NCBI GenBank assembly: GCA_028534125.1
Contig: CM052817.1
Location: 41,790,001 to 41,854,000, forward strand
Source: Lama glama
Taxonomy: Eukaryota
Direction: 5' to 3'
DNA: 64,000 bases
How positions within the stretch are numbered: position 1 is the first letter of the stretch; the number at the start of each line of letters is the position of its first letter. Made by a program: the position numbers and the translations under genes. The notes beneath the pieces are model-generated. The model saw nothing but the letters and a program-made list of their open reading frames with translations, was not told the DNA's origin and searched no databases. Positions 53,640-64,000 of this stretch are shown here, in pieces.

Positions 53640-55371
53640 TTCACCAGGCGAAACACTAACCCATCTGACAAAGATGTTGTTGAGGGATTGGCTTCGTAAT
53701 CAAAGTAGACTTTAATCTTACCTGTTATATTCTAAGGATATCCCAGAAGACTGTATCACTTACCTAATTAAAGTAAATTGCTTTTGAACCAGTCAGAAAG
53801 TTAAGTATTTTCAATGGAAGCATGAGATAATGGAAATTAAACTGAAATTTAGGTTGGGACATCAGTCTTTAATTCTCATTCATTTACCAACTGATTAGTC
53901 CAAGTCAACATGTTTTTCTGAACCTAGGCTTCATGATGGGCTAAACAATCTCCAAGCCCCTAGCAGCTGTAAAACTTGTAATTTAAAATGATCATACTCT
54001 ATCAGCAATCATCAAACATCATTAATTTACAATCAGTCTAAGAAATGTGACTATTACACTGCAGATATAATAAGATCAAATTGTTCCTCTTCAATATTAT
54101 TCAAGTGTTACACACACAGACTTACATCATTTCCTATAACTTCTATGAGGAAGATACAAATATTTTGTTATATGAATTGGGAACAGAGAGGATAAAGTCT
54201 TTTATAATCCCTAAGCTATTTGCAGCAGAGAAAAAAAGTTATATACATAATCAATTACTACAGCATGCTACAGATGAGAACCTGAAACTTCTCAGCAAGG
54301 AGAAATACTGGAAAAGAAAGGTAATACAGAGTATATAGTAAGGAATTCTTAAATCTTTAACATGTATTACTGTTACTTAACTAGATTTATTTAACAGTCA
54401 GTGACCTGAGAAACCTTGCTTAAATAAATATTACAAAAGGAGTTACTTCCTCAAGAAGTGAAGTAGTTCTGTTACAAAATCTTAAGATTGTAAGTTTTAT
54501 AAAGGCAAATACTCCATCTTTGCTGTTTTCACTCCACCACACTTTCAAATGGGGTAAAAGTGATATGGATGAGTTAATTTTTACCAACCTTGTCTAATCA
54601 TTAGCTAAATGCATTTATATAATTCTACATGAATGACTAAATATATTCTTAATCCTCAAAAATTAGGCTACTAGTTTTATGAGTTAATTATGTTATGTGT
54701 CCCACATTCACATTTCATATTTCTAGAATTTATATTCAACTCATTAGCACTCATTTGAATATGTAATTCAACTTCTCTAAGCCTCTGTTTCTTTAAAAGG
54801 ATGTTTTTGTATACTCGGTTTGGAAACATATAGTGGAGATTAAAGTAAAAAATAGTAGATAAGGAAAATGTTTATTATAAAAACTGTAATATTATCATCT
54901 TAAGAAACAAAGACACTTATTTATGAAAAAGCAGTTTTCAGAAATAGCTTTATTCCCCATGATATGTTCACTGGCAAAACTATTTGTTATGTGTTTGTAT
55001 TTGTTTGGTCTTGAGAAATATAATTCTGATTTTTTTAGAGGCTAAAATGGAAAAAATTGTTTGCAAACTTGATAAAAATACGATTTTACTTAAAACAATG
55101 TATGAATTTTTAGACAATTCATTTGAATGTTTGAGTATTAAGTATGGAGATATATGTTCACAGTACTTTCATGCAGGGTACCTGTTGCTCTACCTGAGAG
55201 AGATGATCCTGTACATTTTCTCCAGGACTGCACGATACCTTTTGTATTATCCTTTCTATAAGTGAGGAGGAACAAGATTTTACTTTCCCCCCCAAAAAAT
55301 ATTTTATAAACATCTCTAACATTGATAAATCTTCACATTCCTTTCCTCACTGTGTCCTTGTGTATTTGCTC

Positions 55372-55766
55372 TGTATTAGCCAGCTCAGTCTGCCATGATA
55401 AAATACCACAAACCGGGTGGCTTCAGTAACAGAAATCCGTTTATCACAGTTCTGGACACTGGAAGTCTGAGGTCAGGGTACCAGCATGTTCTGTTTCTGG
55501 AGAGAGCTCTCTTTGGCTTGCAGATGGCTGCCTTCTCACTGTGTCCTCATCTCACGTGGCAGAGAGAGATCAAGAGCAAGCTCTCTGGTGTCTCCTCTCA
55601 GATGAGCACCGGACCCATCGTGAGGGCCCCATCATCATAATCTCATCTAAACGGAATTCCTCCCAAAGGTCAGTCTCCAAATACCATCACATAGGGGCTA
55701 GGGTTTTAACACAGGAATGGGGCAGGGCAGGGGCTTTGGGGAAGGCACACAATTCTATTCATAGTA
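55372..55766 (-). mobile_element. MLT1A-family MaLR solo LTR
   Basis: tgtattagccagctcagtctgccatgataaaataccacaaaccgggtggctt...cacagttctgga...ttgcagatggctgccttctcactgtgtcctca...tctccaaataccatcacataggggctaggg. Confidence 0.88.
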
Positions 55767-56089
55767 TATTCTTTCTCCCTTCAGAACTCATTTCCCACAT
55801 CTTGTTTTTCTTGTAATATTCTGTCTTGCTTGCCTTATCACCTCTTTGGTACAACTTGGAACTATTTCAAATTTTCTTTTATCATGTGAGGTAAGTTAAC
55901 AAGGCTTTACCTCCTGAGGTATGCTAGATTAAGTTAGTCAGATGAAGTCAGCTATTTGTTCTTCTCCAGCTATCTTTAGCAACGTGCAAACAATTTCAAG
56001 CCAGATAACCATACAAAAAAAAAAAAAAAAAGACAGACCATAGGAATTTGCTTCAAATATCATAGAGAAAAACTTCCTGTTCCTTATCT

Positions 56090-56960
56090 TGAATGTGAAT
56101 TTATATGAAAATAATATACTCATTACAGGAGTACTTTAACCTTTATAGCTGGGATATAACCTTTATAACTAACATATATTAAAAACAGCATAAAACTAAA
56201 ATATTGAGTTAATCAATTATTACAAAGCCAACCCCTGTAACTCATCACCTAGGTCAAGGAATAGAACAATGACTACACCCCAGAACCCCTGCTCACTCCT
56301 TCCTGCTCACAACTCCTTCTCCTTGGTAACTACTTTCTCACTCTTATGATACTCACTCCCATGCTTTTCCCTTATCTGTCTTCAACTTTCATCATCATTC
56401 TTTTTAAGCACTTACCCCAAACAATATAGTTTAATTTGCCTGTTTTTGAACTTTCTATAAATGGGATCATGAAGTGTATATTTTTAATGTATTGTTTCTT
56501 TCATTAATATTTTTATATGTTCCCAAAATGTTGATGAATATAGCTGTATCTCATTTTCATTGTATTCTTTTATATGAATATACAACTATTTATTTATCCT
56601 TTTTATTAACATAGACCTCAAAGTTGTTTCTCATTTGGGTCTATTATAAACAGGCAGCTAGAATTTCCTTTATGTGTATCCTGAGCATAAATTTCTTTAA
56701 GATGTGTAACAAGCAATGGGATAACTGTGTTATAGGATACCTGTAACTTTAAGTTTCCAAAATAATGCCAACTTATTTCCAAACTGGCTGAACCAATTTA
56801 CATTCCCACTGCCAGAACAACAGAGTTCTTTTTAGCTCCACATCATTCCTAAAATGTTGCATTTTTGGACTTTTTAATATTGAACAATTCAGTGTGTTTG
56901 TCCTAGTATCTCACCATGTTTTAATTTTCATTTCCCTGATTACTTTTATGTTTTGTATGC
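56090..56960 (-). mobile_element. L1ME/MD-type 3' region
   Basis: cacctaggtcaaggaatagaaca...tttgcctgtttttgaactttctataaatgggatcat...accaatttacattcccac. Confidence 0.75.
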
Positions 56961-59415
56961 ACATACTTTTATGTCTGATTTGTATGCCCTCTGAAAGCTA
57001 CAGTGAATACCAGAAACTGTATAGAAGGGAAAAAGCAGCCGGTTTCCTTTTCTTTGAGCATAAATTCAATAGGAGAATCCACCTTTAATGCCAGGGGTTT
57101 ACTTTTTTGAAGATCTAAGAGGAAAAATATAGTGGAGCTAAATCCAATGTGTGCTTTTTGAATCTCTTGTCTTGTAAGATATTCTTTGTTGCTTTTCTTT
57201 CTTTCTTTTCTTAAAATATAATTGAAAGAATGTTCCTTAGGCTTCAAGTCAGTCAGGATTACATTTGGAGAGATTTATGATTTAGGAACTTTTACACTAC
57301 AAACTGTGATTTCCATGGAATTTCCAGGAGGTCATCAATTTAAATTCTAATAACTTTCAGAAAAGAAGACTAGTTGAGAAACAAGATTCATTTATTGGTG
57401 AGAAGGAATGAGAACCAAATTTCCATTAAGAAGATAAATAGCACCCCTTTTGCCACTCTTTTCTATGTGAAGGAGTTTTTAAATTTTCAAATGCACAGTA
57501 AAGCTATCAGCATCTCTGGGAAAAACTTCAACTGTCGGAAGCACACAGACGAAAGACTAGAAGCACTAACATGCATGCTGGACAGCTGTTTCTTTTCATT
57601 TTCTATTTCAAGGAAAACCCAAGTGGGAGTCCTGAAATCTGAGGTATCTTACGTCAAACTCCACTCCCCCTGGATGAAAACTTGTGCTTTTCTTTGAGGG
57701 TTGGCTTCTGTGTTGAGAAAGTGTCTCTAAACTCCTCATTTTTTGAAACTCTTCATTTGGCAAGTTTCTTTAGTTAATTCTTGAATATGGTAGGTTAAGA
57801 TGTTCTCACACTTTGAGGGGGGATAAAAAGGTTGCTTAGAGAGGAAATAAATGTTCTTAGTTTCTGAATATGTTTGATTTTATTCTTTAAACACAGTAAA
57901 ATATAACTTTGCTATTTACTGTCTTCTAGGAGGCAGTTAAATCTTTTATTTGGCTTAAAATATACTCTCTGATCTTCTGGTTATATTTATACAGGGAAAG
58001 CCAATGAGAACATAGAAAGCAAGGAAAGTAACCCCTTGTTTGATATGCTTGCCTCCAAACTCCTTTTATCTGTGGTTCCTATCTGTGGGAATCTATGATT
58101 CCTATCCTATTCATGGGAATCAGCCTTATTGCTCCGTAGAACGCTGAGGCTGGTCCTGCAGATGACGCTTTAGAAAGCTGAAGTTCTTGAAGTTTAACAT
58201 CTTTATGATATTTATACCTACTCTCTATGTGTGTGTGTCTCCTTAATAATTTTTGAAAGATTCCATAGAGAGAGGAAGAGAATTTGATACAATTAGATTC
58301 CACGAGGCAACTCATCACCAGAGAACAGCAATCAAAGCGAAAGCCTACACTGCATTTCTCCACAACTATGCACGGCGATGGGGACTATCCTGCATCAGGA
58401 ATAGTGGACATGTGGGTCCTCATACAGATGAAGGGGCACTGGATGGAAGAAGAGGGGTACTGGTGTGGGACCTTGGGTGGAAAGATAACTAAAGATTATT
58501 AGGAAGGCTTGTTGTCTGATGTCCTCTGTATTAACCCCTGTGCTACCCCTTTAATAAAAGCTGCAGTACTGGGATGCAAGTCTGACCCTTAGTGACAAAG
58601 AGTGTTTAGAAAAAATAAGACAACATTAAAATGAGGGGAGTGGGAGAGAGAGAAAGTAACCTAAACCGTCATGCTAAAGAAGGTTCAGAAAAGCCACATC
58701 TTTGTCTTTGAACCAAAGTCAACCAATAAAGAGTTATGGCTTCCAGAGATAGATCCACCCTTAATATCCCTGCCACACTCAGTCCTTGGGGGAAAGCAGC
58801 CTGTGGGAGGTGTGGCCTGCACAACAGGTTTCAAAGAGCATCTGATGGGGCCCTCAGTTAATTACATTCCCTGTACTAGCTGCATTATACTGACAACCAT
58901 AATCTCCTTTCATCCCAAACAAAAATCCCGAGGTTCAAAAACACTGACATAATGACTCATTTGCTTTATCATAAATAGAGTCTCAAAATAAAATTGCCAA
59001 TATTAGCATCAACAATATGCTTTGCAAACACTCTGAAATGTTTTGCAGATCTTTTTTTTCCTTAGGCTACATCCCACTAGGAATGTGTGGCCAGAATATT
59101 CTGTTTTAAAGTCACTACACATGGAAAAGTTCCCTTCTTTATAGCTATGATACCAGCTATATATATAATTAGGTTCATTTATTAACTTTATTTCATTTTT
59201 TAAGATATTTTAAAATTTTCCTTACAATTATATGAAATATTCTTATAATTCTAAAGTCAAATCTGCAATTTAGAGACTTAAAGAAGTCTAGCTTGCATCT
59301 CCCCTAATGCCCTCTATCCTATTCCATTGCCTCCTTTCAATATAGATCATCATTTTAAACAAAGGACTTGCTTTATATTGCTTTGTCAACTGCTTTTTTT
59401 AAATATAAGCACGCA

Positions 59416-59467
<52 letters not shown>
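59416..59467 (+). repeat. (TATC)n tetranucleotide microsatellite
   Basis: Directly visible, about 13 units. Confidence 0.95.
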
Positions 59468-60784
59468 ACCTAGCTAGCTACTTCTGTATTTATTTATGTA
59501 AGTAGTAGCACCTTATACCCATTTATCTCAACCTTGCTTTTTTTACTTAGCAGTATATTCAAGGAATTATTCCATAGTAGTAAGAGACATTTTCACTCCT
59601 TTTTCAGTTGCACAGAATTCTATTATAGGGATAGATCACAGTGTAGTCACATGGCTACTGATGGTCACTGAGGTTGTTCCCTGTTATCTGTTATGACGAA
59701 CACTGCTTTAGTGTATAGCTTTGAGCATAGGTCATTTCACATTTTTTGCCAGTATATCTTTGGGATAAATTCCTAGGTGTAGAATTCCTGGTAAAAGAGT
59801 ACATGAGTGTTTTATTTTGCTAAATATTATCAAATTCTCCTTCAATCGGTTGGGCCATTTTGCAGACATCCTGTCATTTATGAGCACCATTTATAAGTTC
59901 TGCATAGCCTCATCAACAAAGTATGTTCTAAAGCTATTAGATTTTTGCTGATTTGACAGGTGAGAAACTATCTGAGTATACTTTTTGTATTTATCTTTTA
60001 TAAACAAAAATGAACATATTTTCATATGTTTACACTATTTACATTTCTTTTTCTATGAACTGCATATTGATACCTTATTTTTCTATAATATTCTTGGTCT
60101 CTTTTTTTATTTTTTTCTTTAAACATGGAGAACGTTAGCTCTTCTCTGTGATATGAATTATCAGCATTTTCCCAGTTTTTCACTTGTAATCCTACTTTGC
60201 TTAGAATGCATTTTTACCAAGAAAATGTTTTATTTATGTGTTATTAAAATTATCAATCTTTCCCGTACTGACTAGATTTTGAATCACTTGTAGATTTTGG
60301 AGGATTCATGTATGTTTTCTTCTAGAACTTGAATGGTTTATTTTTTATTTGTTTTAAAATTTATATCTCTAATTCCTTGGAATTTACCATACTTTACTGT
60401 ATAATAAATTAATTTGATTTTAATTTCATCCATTTGGGTATTCTCAACACCATTTATTTAAAAGTCTACTTTTGTTCTTTACACTAATTTGAGATGACAT
60501 CTCTATCAAAAAATTTTCGATACACACTTGAGTCTATTTCTGTGTTTTCTATTTTGTTCAGTTGCTTTGTGCATCAGTACCACATTATCTTGATTATAGA
60601 AGCTATATGTTCTAATATCTGGTAGAGTAACTCCCTCTCATGCTATTCTTCTTCAGGGTTTTTGTAGATATTCTTGCTTATTTGCTTTTTCCAAATGAAC
60701 TTTAAATTTCTAGTTTAAAGAAAAAACTCAAAAACTGATGATCATTTACCAGGATTGCTTTAAATTTCTAAATATCACAGCTTA

Positions 60785-61290
60785 TGTGTCTAAAGATGGT
60801 TGAAGTGATATCTCTCATGACACATGTCATTATGTTATTTTGTAACATGAGCTTTGCTCTCTGCCATTAAGGGGTAGAATCTACTCCTCTCTTTGACCTA
60901 CACAATATAGCAGGAGTGACATTAAGAAGTGATATTTAAAAGGACTCAAAGCTTCCACTTTTGCACATTGGGGAAGCCAGTCACCATGTGTTAAGAAGTC
61001 CTACCACCCTGAATCTGTCATGTTATATGGAAGGCCAAGCTAGCTAATGGAGAGTCCACATGAAGAGAGACATTTGCTTGGCCAGCCGCAAAACATCCCA
61101 GCTGAGAAGACAGGTAACTGAAGAAGCCTTCCTGGATACTCTAGCTCCAACAGAAGCAACTTGGAACAAAAGATAAGCTGTCCCCACCAAAATATGTCCA
61201 AATTGCAGAATCATGAGCAACTAAATAAATTATTACTATTAATCACTAGTTTGGGAATGGTTTCATTTGCAGTAATAAATAATCAAAATA
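60785..61290 (+). mobile_element. MLT1 (G/H-like) MaLR LTR
   Basis: gaagccagtcaccatgtg...aagtcctaccaccctga...ccaaattgcagaatcatgagcaa...cactagtttgggaatggttt...gcagtaataaataa. Confidence 0.75.
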
Positions 61291-61689
61291 AAAATGATCG
61301 AGATTTTTCTCCTTTGCACTATTTATATTATGGATTTTATTGTTTCCTGTCTCCTTCTATTGACTCACCCTTGAATTATAGGACAAACTGCACTTAATCA
61401 TGATATATTCTTTTTTAATGCACTGTTGGATTTTAAGATTTCTGTATCATATTCATAAGCAAAGTTAAGTCAGTAGATATCTTTTTACATAAAAGCTTCG
61501 TAAGGTTTGTGAATCAGTGTTAAACATACTTCATAAGATGAATATAGAAGTTTCTCTTCTTTTTTAGTGCTCTGAAGTAGTCTAACTATTACCTGGGACT
61601 ATCTGATATTTAAATGATTGGTGGAATTCCTGTGGTACAACCTGTGCCTGGAACTCTACTTTGGTGCAGCTTCTTAACTACTCTGAATC

Positions 61690-62106
61690 ATACTACTCAG
61701 TCTTAAAAAAGAACAAAACTTTGCTATTTGCAGCAACATGGATGCACCTGGAGGGCATTATGGCAACTAAGTCAGATGACAAACACTATGATATCACTTA
61801 CATGTGGAACCTGAAAAATACAACAAACGTGAATATAACAAAAAAGCAGCGGACTCACAGATCCAGAGAAAAAACTTTTCAGTTACTAGTGGGGAGACAG
61901 AAGCGGGGAGCGGCAACATAGAGGGAGGGTACAAAATACTGGATATAAAATAAGCTACAAAGATACATTGTACAAGAAGGGGAGTATAGCCAGTATTTTA
62001 TAATAACTGTAAATGGAGCATAACCTTTCAAAATTGTGAATCACTATATAGTACATCTGAGATTTATATAATATTGTACAGAACTGTACTTCAATTAAAA
62101 AAAAAA
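61690..62106 (+). mobile_element. LINE-1 3' end (L1MA9-like/cetartiodactyl type) with poly(A)
   Basis: atttgcagcaacatggatgcacctggagggcattatg...atatcacttacatgtggaacct...tacttcaattaaaaaaaaaa. Confidence 0.88.
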
Positions 62107-62107
62107 G

Positions 62108-62504
62108 TGTTAACCTCAGGCCTGTGTCAATCCAGGCCTGCCTAAGAGAATGGCCTCTAGTCCATTAGCACACACTGTTTTCTTTGGACTACAGAATGTA
62201 GACAGATACAGATTTTTCTGTCTGCTCTTTCTGTTGTGTGGCACTGCCCTGGATGGAGGGAGCTTTAAATCGCAATGTAGGCCTTGACTAGAACGGTGTA
62301 AAAGATTGGCATGCGACTGGAAGTGCGGCTTCTCTGTGTCATGGTAACCGCGAGGCCTCTCGAAGAGAGAAAAATGGCCCACTTGCTTTATCCCTAGTCC
62401 TACACTTTCTATTAATCCAATAAATGCCATATTAGATTAAAACCATGTGTTTCATGAGTCAGATCATCAAACTGGACTCATAAAAACTATCATACTGTGC
62501 AACA
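62108..62504 (+). mobile_element. Unrecognised LTR-like insert (397 bp)
   Basis: TGTT...AACA termini, AATAAA at 62419-62424, locally CpG-rich. It interrupts the old L1. No clean TSD. Confidence 0.45.
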
Positions 62505-64000
62505 TCTACTTTTTTTTTGTCTATAATAATTGATCTGTTTACACAGTTAATCTCTTCTGTAACCAATTTTGGATAGTTGTGTTTTTCTAGAAAAATTTAT
62601 CTATCTTACCTGTTGTTTATAAATTAGTGTTGTGTAAATTAATCTCTGTTGGTTTTTTGTAAGTCTTCTTCTTTAGTAGTGAAAACCCCCCAGCCATTTC
62701 TCATTTTAAGTATTTGTCAGGTCCCCCTTTTGTCTTACTTGAGCTAGCTAGTGGTTTGACTAGTTTGTTAATTTTTTTCAAAGAATTGGCATTTGGATTT
62801 ATTATCAATTCTACATTTTTCTCATTTATTTTTAATTAATGTCCTTTTTTACTTTTGGGGGGTACTTTGTAGTCCTTTTTCTACCTTTTGAATTGGGTAC
62901 CTAATTCATTTGCTTTTATTGTTAGATTTTTATTAGTATAGGTATTTAACACTGTATTTTTCTCCAAAAACTGCTTTAACTGTATCCATAGATTCTGACA
63001 GCTGTATTTTCAGTACTCTTATTTTGAAGAAATTCTGCTATTTCATTTTGTTTCCCTTTTGATCCAAGAATTATTTATTAAAATGATTTTTAAAGTCCCA
63101 CTTGAAAAGACATTTGTATTGTTTTTGTTATTAATGTCATTTAAATTGGATTATGGTCTGATAATGCTCTTTGTAGTAACTGAGGTAGTGAAATTTTTAA
63201 GGGGATTTTTTTTTTTTCAGATGTACATGTGTGCCCAAGATATAGTCCAATTTGGAGAATGTTCCATGTAGACTTGAAAAGGTGAAGTCTTTGTTAACAG
63301 AGTTTAACATTCATTCATGAAAATGAACTTATTAATTACTTATTAATTATCCATCTAGTAAATATTTGTCTATCTGTTCTTACCTGGCTTGAGATAAGTG
63401 TGTTAAAGTCTCCTATTATTAGTGTATTTCCATTATTTATTATTTCCTCCACAGTGGTTTCTGATTTATCAATTTGTGTTACTGGGTAATTAATTGAGTA
63501 ATATTAATAACTCATATCTATAATTGTGAAATATAGCTTTAAGCACTAGAATGACATCATATATAATTTGTCTATTAATGCTTTTTTATTTGAATACCAA
63601 TTTGTTACATATCAAAATTACAACTCTTACTCTTTTATTTGTGTCTGTCTAGAATACTTATTTTTTTAATTTATTTTTACATTTCTGTATTTCTCTAATT
63701 TAGATTTTTTATATAAAATATGGACTATTTTGTCTTTATAGTTTCACTAAGTTCATTTACACATACTGATGTTATTGATAAATTTAGCCTTAGTTTTTAT
63801 CATATTGCTTTATATTGTATATATGTCAGACACACACACACACACAATTTTTTGCCATGGCACCTACTTTGTTACATCTTTTTTTCTATATATTCCTTGG
63901 CTTTATGAAAGGCTTGTATTTTGCGCAAATAACTACCTTTATCTGACCACCCTTCTATGAAACTCTTGCCTCTCCCATTTTTTTAAAGCTAAAGTTCATT

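Larger units (their letters stand above)
50107..64000 (-). other. CFAP299: CFAP299 intron upstream of the exon (continues beyond the window end)
   Basis: Pyrimidine tract plus TAG acceptor ending at 50107. No upstream exon recognised in the window. Confidence 0.8.
59190..64000 (-). mobile_element. Long old LINE-1 (L1MC/ME-type) with nested insertions
   Basis: Continuous T-rich antisense L1 sequence (caacaccatttattaaaag, cagtaccacattatcttgattata, gtgttaaagtctcctattatt). Interrupted by (TATC)n, an MLT1 LTR, a plus-strand L1 3' end and a 397-bp unrecognised insert. Confidence 0.75.

Noticed and set aside
1..64000. Short ORFs (60-137 aa) in the supplied track as genes
   Set aside because: No recognisable protein similarity. 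Many start at non-ATG codons or lie in repeats or microsatellites, as expected by chance in mammalian intronic DNA.
1..64000. CRISPR array, operon, defence island or other prokaryote-type novel system
   Set aside because: No regularly spaced repeat-spacer structure, no gene-dense ORFs, and unmistakable mammalian interspersed repeats throughout.

Overview
AT-rich, CpG-depleted mammalian genomic DNA, not prokaryotic. A tRNA-Ala-derived SINE resembling Vic-1 points to a camelid. The window lies almost entirely in introns of CFAP299 (C4orf22) on the minus strand. One 91-bp coding exon is present at 50016-50106 (TLTSAGKDLQDNFLKALAVREEDNRSGKVS), with a canonical AG acceptor and GTGAGT donor. It is absent from the ORF track. 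The rest is old interspersed repeats (L2, MIR, L1M fragments, MaLR/ERVL solo LTRs, MER DNA transposons), a few younger L1/SINE insertions, microsatellites and a 500-N gap. I see no evidence of a novel multi-gene system. The most interesting items are: a possible splice-dead counterpart of a CFAP299 cassette exon, an unrecognised CpG-retaining LTR-like/promoter-like 397-bp insert, a bare poly(A) insertion with a perfect 22-bp target-site duplication, an exact 25-bp repeat 1.9 kb apart, a CTCF motif and a motif-dense candidate enhancer. Repeat family names come from recalled consensus sequences, and boundaries are approximate unless TSDs or termini are cited.
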